Shown here in pieces: positions 11,925-26,300 of a stretch of DNA of 64,000 nt. The stretch covers positions 1 to 64,000 of the forward strand of contig MCFE01000248.1 in assembly GCA_002104905.1 (NCBI GenBank). Direction: 5' to 3'. The notes under the pieces were generated by a model, which worked only from the letters and a program-made list of their open reading frames with translations, did no database searches and had not been told where the DNA came from. Position 1 is the first letter of the stretch, and the number at the start of each line of letters is the position of its first letter. Position numbers and translations under genes: made by a program. The DNA comes from Basidiobolus meristosporus CBS 931.73 (lineage: Eukaryota; Fungi; Basidiobolomycota).

Positions 11925-14900
11925 CATTGAAATATTGGACTATTTGGTATCATTCTGCAGCTAAAATTTACTTAACAATTCTGGAATAGTCTTAATCACT
12001 GTGAGACTAACTTACAGCTCTAACTTTGCCACTTTCTTCAAATTTATAATTTTATGATTATTCCCCTATAGTAAGGATCAAATTAGCACTAATACTAACT
12101 ATTATGTACTAACCCTGAAACTGTTACAGAATGCTCCTGAATATTGAGAAACCCTCCTTACTGAGTGTTACAGCTGTATTACTTCTACAAAGGTATAAAT
12201 ACTGAGATTCTTTATTAATAAACAACAGTTGAACTATTATCACTATTTCTTGATAAGTTCCTTATATCCAAATCACTTCTTAAATTGCAACAGATTATGA
12301 GCCCCAATTGCTTTAATCTATTCTTAAGATGACTTCTACCAGCAAACAGACCTACACATACATCTTCCCTGTAAAGAAGAGATTTAATAGAAAGTACTAC
12401 AGACTTTGGAGAAGATGCAGATCCACCTTGAGGAAAGGATGCTTTGGAATATAGTAACAGGAAACAAAGTTGAGCCCAAAGAAACAGCAGAAGAAGTGGA
12501 GAAATTACAAGAGAAGGAGAGAAAGGCCTTTAATGCCATATGTATCAGTGTGCAAGATTCCTTCATTGGACAAATCCATGCCTGAAATACTGCCAAAGCA
12601 TATGGGAATCCTCAGAGAAGATCTTTAGAGTAAAGTCAGTATCAAGCAAACTTTATTTGAAACAAAAGTTCTTCAACATGAGGAAGAAGCCAGATGATGA
12701 CATGCTACAACTCACTACCAAAATGGAGATACTTGCAGAAGAACTTTACAGTACTAATGATGGTGTAGATGATGAAGAAAAGATACTCTGTCTGCTTTGC
12801 AGCCTACCAGACAAGTATGAGCCACTCATACATTCTTTTAAAAGCAGAGAAGACAATTTGACTTTAGACTATGTTAAAGGAAGACTTCCTCATGAAGAGC
12901 TCAGATGTAATGATCAAGTGGAGAGAGTTGAAGATAATGATTTATTCAGTTCAGAAAGACACTCAGAAAAGAAGGGAAAGCAACAAAACCAAAAAAACCT
13001 GGATGCTGCATCTATTGTAAAAAGCCAGGACACTGGGCAAGAGAATGCCAGAAGAAACAAGCAGACAAAGAACAGAAACCAGAGCAGGTAAACCATGTAA
13101 CTACAGATGAACAGTTATTTGTAACTGTACAAGAGGGTGCAAGTAACCAAAGTAATGAATGGTATATTAACTCTGGAGCTTAACATCATAATTGTGGTAT
13201 GAAGTAGTGGTTAGCAACTTTTCCCGTAAAAAAGATTTATCTGGGAGATAACTTTGCTCTGGAAGCTACCGCAAGTGCGTCTATACAACTAAATATGAGC
13301 AATAGCCAAGGGCAACAACAGTAAGATTCACTGACGTACTCAATGTAACTGGAATAGCTAAGAACCTACTCTCAGTCAGTAAAGCAACTGCTCAGGGACT
13401 GATATTTTTTTTTACTAAGATGAGCTGCTCAATGAGTGAGAATGGACAAAACTTAGTCTTAGTAATCAGAGATCACAGTATACACAAGTTACAATGCTAG
13501 ATCATTGTACCTGAGTATGTCAACATTGCTAAGACTGATAAGACCAACTGGGAGACATAGCATAGGAGGCTAGGACACATTGGGGGACAGAAAATGAGCC
13601 AATTGGTGAAAAATCAGCTTGTTTTAGGGCTAGAATATTCAATTCCAATCTAATTGAATGTTTGTAAGGCATGTTCATATGACAAACAAACTAGGTAACA
13701 TTTCAAGAGCTCAGAAGGCTTCAATACCACCAAAATATTGGCTATTGTACACTCACACATATGTGGCCCCATGAGAACACTATCCTTGTTGCAATCTAAG
13801 AAGTGACTTGGATATAAGGAACTTATTAAGAAATAGTGATAGTAGTTGAGCTGTTGTTTATTAATAAAGAAGCTCAGTATTTATACCTTTGTAGAAGTAA
13901 TACAGCTGTAACACTCAGTAAGGAGGGTTTTGCAATATTCAGGAGCATTCTGTAACAGTTTCAGGGTTAGTACATAATAGTTAGTATTAGTGCTAATTTG
14001 ATCCTTACTATAGGGGAATAATCATAAAATTATAAATTTGAAGAAAGTGGCAAAGTTAGAGCTGTAAGTTAGTCTCACAGTGATTAAGACTAGTCCAGAA
14101 TTGTTAAGTAAATTTTTAGCTGCAGAATGATACCAGATAGTCCAATATCTCAACACTCCCACTCAACTAAATAATTTCTTAATCCTAATTCCTCTCTAAG
14201 ATTCTCAAATTGTGGCCTAGCAGTGGTTCTGTCAATATATCTGCCACCATTTTGTTAGTTGGGCAGTACACTAACTCTACTAAGTTATTTTTAACAGCTT
14301 ACCTCACAAAGTGATGCTCTATATCAATATGCTTAGTTCTGATATGATTAGTAGGATTTCTACCTAATGAAGGACAACTTTGATAATCCTTGTAAATGCA
14401 TATTGATTAATCTAAATTAAAACCTAAGTTGTTGAATAATTTTTGTAGCCATAAAGCCTCCTTAGTTGCTTGATATGCAGCCATATATTTGGCTTCAGTT
14501 GTAGATAGGGCCACAGTTGGTTGTTTCTTGCAATTCCAAGTAATAGCTGCACCAGCATAAAGAAATACATAGCCTGTGGTAGAGCATCTGTCATAGAGAT
14601 CCCTGCCCCAATCTGAGTCACTATAGCCATCAAACTCTTGCCTATTAGCTGCTCCAGTGTATTCCAGTGCCATATTGATGGTACCTTGGCGATATCTGAA
14701 AATCCGCTTAACTGCTGCAATTTGATCTGATCCATAATTCTGCATGAATTGACTGACTATTCCAACTGCCACTGCAATATCTGGATGTGTAGACACCATC
14801 AGGTAGGTAAGGCTACCAACCATTGATCAATAGGGAAAGTTTTGGTCCATATTTGAGCAGTTTTCATTTATAACTGGCTGAGATTTGCTTGATTTCAGGT

Positions 14901-17900
14901 TATTGTCTATAGGGGGTAGCTGCAGGTTTGAAATTTTCCATTTTGAAGCGTCTAAGAATGTCCCTGATGTAGTTAGACTGATTCTGCACTATTTGCAGTG
15001 CAGGTATGTCAAATTTGACCTCAATTCCAAGAAAATAGCTCAATTTTCCAAGATCTTTCATCTCAAACTTGCTGAAGAGATCTGATTTTGTCAGTTTAAG
15101 TGCCTATTGGTCACTTGTAGCTATAATTAGATTGTCTACATAAAAAACTAGTATGATCACACCCTTTTTGAGCTGTTTCACATATATACTGTGATCTGCA
15201 GTGCTACTAGAGAACCCAATTTCCTCTAGATATGTGTCAATCTTGTGATACCATGCTCTAGGTGCCTGCTTAAGCCCATACAACAATTTTCTAAGTTTGC
15301 ACACCTCATGGGGTACTTTTGGATTGGTAATGCCTTCTGGTTGCTCCATATGTATATTTTCTTGCAAATCCTCATTTGGAAAGGCTGTTTTGACATCCAT
15401 TTGGTGTAGATCTAGACTGTGTACAGCTGCCAGGGCTAGAACTGTCCTAATGGAGTCAAACTTGGCAACTGGAGGCAATGTTTCCTTAAAGTCTAGTCCC
15501 TGCATCTGGGAATAGCCTTGGGCCACCAATCTAGCCTTGTACTATCAATGGCACCATTTGAGGTTATCTTGATCTTGTAGACCCATCAACATCCTATTGG
15601 CTTTCTCCCATATGATAAATCTACCAGTTCCCATGTTTTTGCCTTGATCAGTGATTGGTACTCCTCCTGCATGGCTTGTTGCCACATAGTAGCATCTGGA
15701 CTTTGCATGGCCTGTTCCAGACTCTGAGGTTTGGCACATAAGGCAGGATAAGCTTCTTCATGATCATTGGATGTCTTCCGCCAGGATCCAGGGGCATTTC
15801 TTATTCTGGTGGATCAGCTAGCTGGGATATTCTGTTCTGATCTAGAACTGGTGGAAGTATCTTCCATATCTGTCTGGATTTGGTACGTATCTTCTTCATT
15901 AGTGTTGATTGAATCATCAGGCAGCTGGCCAATGGTTTCTGTGGCTTTCTGATCTGAGTTCTCCTCAAATACAATGTCCCTGCTCTTGATCAGCTTCTGT
16001 ATTTTGCAATCATACACTCTATACCCCTTAGTATCTTCACATTACCCAAGCAAGATTCCTTTCCTACTCTTTGGTTCCAACTTTGAATGTTTTTTGTCAG
16101 GGCTTTGATAGAAAACATGACTGCCAAAGATCTTGAGGTGCTGGAGATCTAGTTTTTTGCCTGTATATGCTTCAAAAGGTGTAGAATCACATAGTGCTGT
16201 TGTTGGGCATCTGTTCTTGATGTATACAGCAGAAGCAACAGATTCAGCCCAAAATTTGTAGTCCATTCCCTTATCATGTAGCATAGATCTTCCCATCTCC
16301 ACTATTGTTCTGTTTGCATGTTCTGCTACTCCAATTTGCTGTGGAGTATGAGGAACTGTGGTCTGTTGAAGTATACCAGTAGACAAGTAGTGTCCTGCAA
16401 ACTCCTTTGAGCAGTATACTCCTCCATTGTCACTTTGTAGTACCTTTAATTTACACCCAGTTTGTGTTTTGGCTGTGTTCTTGAAGTGCTTAAGTGTCTC
16501 TAAAGCTTCATCCTTTGTTTTGGGGGAGTACACCCATGTATATCTTGTTTTGTCATCAATAAACATCATGAAGAATCTCTTGGCTCCAAAGGACAGTGTT
16601 CTCATGGGGCCACATATGTCTCAGTGTACAATAGGCAATATTTTGGTGGTATTGATACCTCCTGAGCTGTTGAAACATTGCCTAACTTGTTTGCCATATG
16701 AACATCCCCTACAAACATTCAATTTTATTGGAATTGAGTATTTTAGGCGCAAAACAAGCTGATTTTTCATCATTTGGATCATTTTCTGTTCTGCAATGTG
16801 TCCTAGCTTCCTATGACACATCCACCAGTTGGTTTCATAAGTTTCAGCAATGTTGACACACTCCGGTACAATGATCTTGCATTGTAACTTGTATATATTG
16901 TGATCTCTGATTACCAAGACTAATTTTTGTCCATTCTTACTCAATATTGAGCAGCTCCTCTTAGTAAAGACAAATTTCAGTCCCTGCGCAGTTGCTTTAC
17001 TGACTGAGAGTAAGTTCTTAGCTATTCCAGGTACATAGAGTACGTCAGTGAGTCTTGCTGTAGCTGCCCCTGAGCTATTGCTCATATTTAGTTGTATAGA
17101 CCCACTTGCAGTGGCTTCCAGAGCAGAGATATCTCCCAGATAAACCTCTCTTACAGGAATAGTTTTTAAATTGCTGAGCCAATTCTTTATACCACAAATA
17201 TGCTGTGATGCTCCAGCGTCAATATACCATTCATTACTTTGGTTACTTGCACTCTCTTGTACGGTTACAAATATCTGCTTATCAGTAGTTAGATGGTTTG
17301 CCTGCTCTAGTTTCTGTTTTTTGTCTGCTTGTTTTCTTCTTGCATTCACTTGCCCAATGTCCTGGCTTTTTACAATAGTTGCAGCAACCAGGTTTTCTTT
17401 GGTTTTGTTGTTTTCCTTTCTTATCTGAGTGCCTTTCTGAACTGAATAAAGCATCTTCTTTGATTTTCTCTGTTTGATCATTATGTCTGAGTTCTTCATG
17501 AGGAAATCTTCCTTTGGCATAGTCTAAAGTCAAGTTGTCTTCTCTGCTTTCAAAGGAAACTATGAGTGGCTCATACTTGTCTGTTAGGCTGCAAAGCAGA
17601 CAGAGTATTTTTTCTGCATCTTTGCACCAGCATTAACACTGTAAAGTTCTTCTGCAAGTATCTCCATTTTGGTAATGAGTTGCAGCATGTCATCATCTGG
17701 TTTCTTCCTCATGTTGAAGAACTTTTGTTTCAAATAAAGCTTGCTCAATACTGACTTTGCCCTAAAGTTCTTCTCTAAGAATTCCCATGCTGCTTTGGCA
17801 GTATTTGAGGCATGGATCTGGCCAATGAAGGAATCTTGCACATTGATACATATGGCATTAAAGGCCTTTCTCTCCTTCTCTTGAAACTTCTCCACCTCTT

Positions 17901-20900
17901 TTGCTGTTCCTTTGGGCTCAGCTTCTTTTCCTGTTACCAAACTTAAAAGCATCCTTTCCTCCAGGTGGATCTGCATCTTAATTCTCCAAAGTCTGTAGTT
18001 CCTTCCATCAAACCTCTCCTTTACAAGGAAGATGTTTGTGCTGTTCTGTTTGCTGATAGAAGTCATCTTTAGAATAGATTAAAACAGTGGGGCTCATAAC
18101 CTGTTGCAATTTAAGAAGCAATTTGGATATAAGGAACTTATCAAGAAATAGTGATAATAGTTGAACTGTTGTTTATTAATAAAGAAGCTCAGTATTTATA
18201 CCTTTGTAGAAGTAATACAGCTGTAACACTCAGTAAGGTGGGTTTCTCAATATTCAGGAGCATTCTGTAACAGTTTCAGGGTTAGTACATAATAGTTAGT
18301 ATTAGTGCTAATTTGATCCTGACTGTAGGGGAATAATCATAAGATCATAGATTAGAGGAAAGTGGCAAAGTTAGAGCTGAAATTAGTCCCATAGTGACCA
18401 GGACTAGTCCCAAATTGCTAAGTAAACTTTTAGCTGCAGAATGATACCAAATAGTTTAATACTTCAATAGTTCTTTGGAGCCAAGAGATACTTTATGATG
18501 TTCATTGATGACAAAACAAGATATACATGGGTATACTTCCTCAAAACAAAGGAAGAAGCTTTAGAGACACTTAAGCACTTCAAGAACACAGCCAAAACAC
18601 AAACTGGGTGTAAATTAAAGGTACTACAAAGTGACAATGGAGGAAAATACTGTTGAAAGGAGTTTGCAAAATACTAATTGTCTACTGGTATACTTAGCAT
18701 ACCACTGTTCCTCATACTCCGGAGCAAAATGGATTAGCAGAACGTGCATATAGAACAATAGTAGAGATGGGGAGATCTATGCTATATGATAAGGGAATGG
18801 ACCATAGGTTTTGGGCTGAATCTGTTGCTACAGCAGTATACATCAGGTACAGATACCCAACACACACTATGTGATGCTTCACCCTTCAAAGCATATACAG
18901 GCAAAAAACTAGATCTCCGGCACCTCAAGATCTTTGGCAGCAATGTTTTTTATCACATTCCTGACAAAAAACACTCAAAGTTGGAACCAAAGAGTGGGAA
19001 AGGAATCTTTCTTGGGTGATGTGAAGATACTAAGTGGTATAGAGTGTATGATTGCAAAATTCAGAAGCTGATCAAGAGCAGGGACGTTGTATTTGAGGAG
19101 AATTCAGATCAGAAAGCCACAGAAATCATTGGCCAGCTGCCTGATGATTCAATCAACACTAATGAAGAAGATAAGTACCAAATCCAGCCAGATATGGAAG
19201 ATACTTCTACCAGATCCAGATCCAAACAGATTATCCCAGTTAGGGGATCCACCAGAATAAGAAGTGCCCCTGGATCCTGGTGGCAAGCCTCCAATGATCA
19301 CAAAGAAGCTTATCTTGCCTTATGTGCCAAACCACAGAATCTGGAACAGGCAATGCAAAGTCCAGATGCTACTATGTGGCAACAAGCCATGCAGGAGGAG
19401 TACCAATCACTGATCAAGGCTAAAACGTGGGAACTGGTAGATTTACAGAATGGGGGAAAACCAATAGGATATAGATGGGTCTACAAGATCAAGATAACCT
19501 CAAATGGTGCCATTGATAGTACAAGGCTAGATTGGTGGATAAAGGCTATACCCAAATCCTGGGACTAGACTTTAAAGAAACATTTGCTCCTGTTGCCAAC
19601 TTTAACTGCATTTGGACAGTTCTAGCCCTGACAGCTGTTCACAGTCTAGATCTACACCAAATGAACCTCAAAACAGCCGTTCTAAATGGGGATTTGCAAG
19701 AAACTATAGATATGGAGCAACCAGAATTGTTTACCAATCCAAAAGACCCCCATAAGGTGTGCAAACTTAGAAAATTGTTGTATGGGCTTAAGCAGGCACC
19801 TAGAGCATGGTATAACAAGATGGACACATATCTAGAGGAAACTGGGTTCTCTTGTAGCACTGTAGATCACAGTAAATATGTGAAACTGCGCAAAAAGGGT
19901 GTGATCATCCTAGTTCTTTATGCAGACAACATAATTATAGCTACAAGTAACCAAGAGGCACTTAAACAGACAAAATCAGATGCTTCAGCATGATTGAGAT
20001 GGCAGATCTTGGAAAATTGAGCTATTTTCTTGGAATTGAGGTCAAATTTGATATACATATGCAGAAAATTGCGCTGAATCAGTCTAAGTACATCAGGGAC
20101 ATTCTTAGATGCTTCAAATTGGCAAATTACAAACCCACAGCTACCCCTATGGAGAATAATCTGAAATTAAGCAAATCTCAGCCAGTTACAGATGAAAACG
20201 GTGCAAATATGGACCAAAACTTTCCCTTTCAATCAGTGGTCAATAGCCCATCAGATCAAATTGCAGCAGTTAAGCGGATTTTCAGATATTGCCAAGGTAC
20301 CATCAATATGGCACTGGAATACCCTGGAGCAGCTAATAGGCAAGAGTTTGATGGCTATAGTGACTCAGATTGGGGCAGGGATCCAATTGAAAGTTGCTCT
20401 ACCGCAGGCTATGTATTTCTTTTTGCTGATGCAGGTATTACTTGGAATTGCAAGAAACAACTAACTGTGGCCCAATCTACAACTGAAGCCAAATATATGG
20501 CTGCATTTCAAGCAACTAAGGAGGCTGTATGGCCACAAAAATTATTCAAAGACTCAGGTTTTATTGCAGATTAAATAACATGTATTCACAAGGATAATCA
20601 AAGTTGTATTTCATTAGCTAGAAATCCTACAAATCATTTCAGAACTAAGCACATTGATATACAGCATCAATTTGTGAGGGAAGCTGTTGAAAATTACTTA
20701 GTAGAGTTAGTGAACTGCCCAGCTAACAAAATGGTGGCACATATATTGACAAAACCACTAGCTAGGCCACAATTTGAGAATCTCAGGGAGGAATTAAGAT
20801 TAAGAAATTATTTAGTTGAGGGGGAGTGTTGAAATATTGGACTATTTTGTATCATTCTGCAGCCAAAAATTACTTAGCAATTCTGGACTGGTCTGGGTCA

Positions 20901-21193
20901 CTGTGGGACTAATTTACAGCTCTAGTTTGCTACTTTCTTCACATCTATGAATTTATGATTATTCCCCTATAGTTAGGATCAAATTAGCACTAATACTAAC
21001 TTTTGAGTACTAACACTGAAACTGTCACAGAATGCTCCTAAATATTGAGAAGCCCTCCTTATTTAATGTTACAGCTGTGCTACTTCTACAAAGGTATAAA
21101 TACTGAGCTTCTTTATTAATAAACAACAGTTGAACTATTATCACTATATCTTGTTAAGTTCCTTATATCCAAATCACTTCTTAAATTGCAACA
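11925..21193 (+). mobile_element. Ty1/Copia family A, outer full-length decayed element
   Basis: LTRs at 11925-12292 and 20827-21193. PBS-like gattatgagccc follows the 5' LTR; PPT agttgaggggga(g) precedes the 3' LTR; TSD GTAAC at 11920-24 and 21194-98. Gag, integrase (FIDDK), RT and RNase H fragments appear in Copia order. The integrase is split by the inner element. Confidence 0.92.
13787..18469 (-). mobile_element. Ty1/Copia family A, inner full-length decayed element (antiparallel)
   Basis: LTRs at 13787-14155 and 18102-18469. PBS ggttatgagcccc; Gag with CNYCKKPGHWASEC; integrase 16042-16605; RT 15104-15529; RNase H 14407-14823. The 5-bp TSD ATCCT/GTTCT reconstructs the host frame MRTLSFGAKR. 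Confidence 0.92.
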
Positions 21194-21917
21194 GTAACTC
21201 AACTAAGGACCACTACTCAGTATGAACTGCTGTCATAGCCCTTTTCAATAACTGTAGCTGGCATCCTACAGCTTTATTCAGTTTTTTGTTCTCTAGTTCC
21301 CATAGGGCCAGGTCTTCAGCCAGTACTGCAAAGTCCAGCTCCTTATCTTCTAGACTTTGCAACAAATCCTGGCAATATTCAGGTGCACCTTGCCTTATAA
21401 AGAACCTCAAACCTGGAGTTCATCAGATTTCTGCTGGTTTCTGCAGATATTTTGAGGGTATTTTGCTGGTATTCAGCCAATGCTTTGCGTTCTATCTATC
21501 TGTTACAATACTTGATTTAAGTGGTTGGCAGCCAATTATAATGCCTGGACAAATGCTGGTTGACCTTGTCTGTCTTGGAGGATATGTATGCTTATCTACC
21601 TAATGGCTAGTACCTGATATATTCACAGTTGCCAGCTTTAAGAAGCTTGGAATTCAGCTGACTATATGATGCTACTCTGGTGGCCTGTTGTCTATTTTTC
21701 TTAGTGCCACAGCCTATCCCTCCCATGCTGTGATGGTTACTATTGGGCCCATAGAGTTGGGTACTACTGTTGTACTTGCAAGACTGCATGGTGATCCTCC
21801 ACTGGTACACTGGAAAAAGGTTCAATTCTGGTCTTTCAGTTAGAGTAACTTTGGCTACCTCTTTGTAGCCAGGACATAATTTTTGCTACCTGAGGCATTG
21901 ATTGCCCTTCACAAGTT

Positions 21918-22790
21918 AGACTTGTTCTTTTCAATATTGCTATTGAGTGTCTGTTTACTTTTGGTGCTGGATCAATAGACTCTATCACAATGCCAGTGGT
22001 AGGATCATTCTATTCAAAATTTTACTCAACCTGGCTTGTATTGCTCAGAATAGTGCTTTTCTTGCTTTATTCACACTTCAGAATGCTCCAGACACATTTC
22101 TCCCAGTGGATGTTTTGCCTGATCACACTGTGCAAAGGTTAATGTGTTGACTATGCTACCTATTCTGCAGTTTTCTTCTCTGTGTGACACTCTCTGAATT
22201 TGGCTGTAAACATGCTAAATCTCTTAGGATATCTAACTTATTGCTCTCCTCACTCTGAGATGATTAAATGTCTCTTTATATAGCTTCTGCTTCCTGCTGA
22301 GTACCCATTGATTGGCTTTCCTTAAGTTGTGATGCATCCTAATCACTGACAATCCTCTCCTAAATAAGCTAAGTCAGCTCTACATTTTGCACCTCTGCTG
22401 AATTGTTGATGACTTGATAGCCCAAATGATTTGTTGTGCCTACTTCCTGCAAATTGCCCACTAAATCAGATGCTGCAACCTGCAACATCAGACAGTGCTT
22501 GAAACTTCACCCAAAATGCCTAATATTTGCCAGAATAACAGTGTCTCTGCCCTCAAAAAGGTTGGCTAATCCTACTTGGAAGGTGTCCAAAACACTCTTG
22601 ATAGGGAACCCATTGCTGTATGCTGTAAGATATCCGATATAATTCAAGCTCCTGAACCTGGTATTCCAGGCTTGTTCTGGCATTCAAACCTTCCAAAAGG
22701 TGGTGCTTCATTGCAGGCTCTAATAATTTTGTTAGCATGGATGGTGGGATGAAACCCAGTAGGGCAATACTTCTTGTAATAGCAGAGAAG
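21918..22790 (-). pseudogene. Decayed PHIS transposon left end and transposase relic
   Basis: Starts AGACTTGTTC and is colinear with 39040-39960. Retains YSGKY and LDTF motifs, with stops and a deletion. Confidence 0.8.
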
Positions 22791-22879
22791 CTCTTGTTAC
22801 AAGTCTTGATATAACAGTATTAGTGGAATAAGGGGTTGAGCTACCATGGTATTTGTTAAAACTTGTACTGATACCTATT

Positions 22880-23358
22880 GAGGCTGGTATGTGTACTTCT
22901 AATGCCTTCCATGCATTCTTTCCTGTTTTTGCTCTTCAACCTTGAATTTGCAATTTGTCTCTAATGTTAAGGCAAATGCAGTCAAAGGTGCTTGTTCTTT
23001 CTTCTGGTAACTCAAGGCTTCCTCACTGAAGTTTTCAGGAGGAAAATCTTCTCTCATTTCATTATCCATAAACCCTTATTCTTGTAGCAGAATATTCATC
23101 TTCACCTTCCATGCTTGGTGGCCTAATGGAGTTAAACTTGGCAGCTGGAGCAAATGTTTCCTTAAAGTCTAGTCTCTGGTTCTGGGAATAGCCTTTAGCC
23201 ACTAATCTAGCCTTGCACTTATCAACAGCACCATTTGAGGTTATCTTGATCTTGTAGACCCATCTACATCCTATTAGGTTTCTCTCATCTGGTAAATCTA
23301 CCAGTTCCCACATTTTTGCCTTGAACAGTTACTGGTACTCCTCCTGCATGGTTTGATG
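22880..23358 (-). mobile_element. Copia fragments (family B gag piece and family A RT N-terminal piece)
   Basis: ORF 23062-23313 WELVDLP...IGCRWVYKIK...KARLVAKGYSQ. 22880-23040 matches family B gag. Confidence 0.75.
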
Positions 23359-26300
23359 TGTTATGATCTGCTGCTTGAATGTTTAAGTTAGATCAGCTTT
23401 TGGTGAAATCAATTAGTTATATGTTTAGCTTATCAGTATATCTGTGTTATCTATCAAATCAGTAGCATGAGTCAGCAAATGAATCTGCAGATCCTTATCA
23501 GACAGAAATAGATATACTAGGTAGGATCTTATTTGGCAATGATGATGCAATCAAATGAGTCATCAGCCACAGCCTACATTAGGAAATACAATTATTTAGC
23601 AGTTGAACTGGCAAAATGCTTATAAGGAGCTGCTGGAATCTCAATAAAGATCAGTTCAAGTTTTAGTGAATACAATACTAGCTAAACTCCCTATTCCTCT
23701 ACAATTCTTATACCAAGACTTGTAACATTGGTGGCAACAATAACCAGAAACATCCATCCTGAAGAAAGAAGAAGCCTCCCTCAAGATGTCCAAAAATTAA
23801 GTATGAAAGAATGCTATGCAACAAATCCTGGCGTAGTAGCAACAAGGAATGACTACCATGGCCCAAAGCCAGCAAAACCCTGTCAAGAGCAACTTTAGTG
23901 TGAAGGTCAACTGGAGCCAGGGTAAAGTCAATAAAACCTGGGAACTTGGCTCTTCCAGATTGAAGAAGCTTTCAAGGCTAAAGGAATTGTTCTAGAAAGC
24001 AAGTTACATTATGCAGCCTCTTACCTGGCAGATGCAGCTTTACAGTGGTACCACAACAAGATCAGGTCAGCAACCATGATGGGATGCTTTACAATCTCTA
24101 CCTGGGATGAGTTTGTGTTGCAAATTCAGGATGCCTTGGAGCCCCTACACCAACAGACACTACTAAGAAGAAAGTTGAAGACACTTAGACAGAAATGAAT
24201 GATCCCAGAGTACATCTGTGAATATAGATGTCTACTGGGGCAAATTGAAAGAATGGACCCTCTGGATCCAATTGAATACCTTATTGATGGGTTGAAAGAA
24301 AGAACTTGTAAGGAAGTGAATTATCAAAGACCTCAGACTACTGAAGAAGCCATCAAGATTGCCATTGACTATGACTCAGCTATGTTTGGAGTTGCAAAGC
24401 CCACAATGACTAATCAGAGAGGCTACAATAACTATGAAAGAAGACAATCAGAAGCGGTGCCAATGTGAATAAACACTATTCAGAAGAATCCTACCTCAGA
24501 AGAATATAAGAAGAGAGGACTTTGCTTCAATTGCCACCAGCAGGGACATATTGCAAAGTACTGCCCTCTGAGAGGAAATGGACACCAGCCGTCACAAACC
24601 TTTAGCCATATTGAGGCCATGGAGCATAGTAACATGTAGGATTGACTTGAAAAAGACTCAGAACTCACCTTCCATATGGCAGAAGAATACCTATCCCTGA
24701 TGACATCAAACTCAGGAAAGCTAATATCCTTGAATGGAGTAATCAATGGAGTACCTGCCAAGATTATGATTGACTCAGGAGCATAGCATGAGTACATGTA
24801 AGAGCAATTTTCTTTGAAAGCTGAAATCAACTTAGAACCCACCAAATCAACTTCAGTCTCAACAGCTGATGGGAACTCTCACATAATCAGCTGTGTTACT
24901 CAGCCAGTAAGGTTGAAGATTAATGACTATGAACAAGATCTACAGGCCTATATATCTGGGAACTGCAAATTTGACCTTGTACTTGGGAAAACCTGGCAAT
25001 TTTGTTGTAATCCATCAATCAACTGGAGAACCCATGCTACCCAGATCCAGAAGGACAACAAGACCTATGAGCTATTACCTGCTAGACTGGATTTTAACTT
25101 AATAAATCCAGTGTGTGTGAAACAAGTGAACTTATCAAGACACAGTTCTGTAGAGCACTAAGAAAAGGCACCCAGATGTTCCTCATGGCAGTATTACAGG
25201 AGGATTCATGTACTCCAGTACCCTAGAAGGTCCAGACTCTTTTGAAGGAGTATTGAGATGTATTTCCAGAAGAGCTTGTAAGCCTACTACCAGTCAGAGA
25301 TGTGGATCATGCCATCAAAACAGGAGAGTGCCCTCTAGTAAGTAAGACACCCTACAGAATGAGTCCATTGGAGTTGGAGGAGATGAAGAGACAAATAGAT
25401 CAGTTACTGGAGCAAGGATATATCAGACGCAGCAAGTCACCTTGGGGAGCACCAGTTCTTTTTGTGAAGTAGAAGGATGGACCACTTAGGATGTGTATTG
25501 ACTGCAGAGCCCTCAACTCAGTAACTGTAAAGAATAAGTAACCCCATACCTTGGATTGATGAGCTCTTGGACCAACTCAATGGAGCCACAATTTTTAGCA
25601 AGATTGACCTCATGTCAGCATACAACCAAATTAGGTTGAAGCCAGAAGACATCCATAGGACAGCATTCAGAACCAGATATGAACATTACAAGTACTTAGT
25701 CATGAGTTTTGGCCTCACCAATGCCCCTGCAACATTCATGACCCTGATGCTGACTGTCTTCCAGGAGTACTTAGACAAGTTTGTAATAATCTACCTAGAT
25801 GATATATTGATATACAGCAAGACAGAAGAGGATCACTTGGTGCACATTGATAAGGTCTTGAAGAAGCTAAGAGAGAACAAGCTTTATGGCAAGCTACCCA
25901 AGTGTGAATTCTTCAAGGAACACATTGAATATCTGGGACACATAGTGACTAGCACAGGAGTAAACTTAGACCCTAAGAAGGTTAAAGTTATCAAAAATCT
26001 GAAGCAGCCCCATAGTATATCAGAGCTCAGATCATTCCTTGAAATGGTTTCCTATTGTTGGAGATTTGTCAAGTTCTTTGCAAGTATTGCAGCCCCTTTA
26101 ACTGATATCCTCAAGAAAGACAATACCTACAAGTGGGACATATCTTGTGAAACTGCCTTCCAGATGCTCAAGAATGAACTTGCTAAGCTGCCAAGCTTAA
26201 GAGTACCTGACTTCAGAAAAGAGTTTACTCTGTGCACAGATGCTTCAGACTATGCAATTGGTAGAGTGTTGAGTCAAGAACACAACGGAAAGGACTACAC

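Noticed and set aside
21199-21917. Short minus-strand ORFs (21213-21410, 21607-21825) as a gene or Plavaka-type transposase
   Set aside because: No diagnostic motif could be confirmed, and the frames are short and CpG-decayed.
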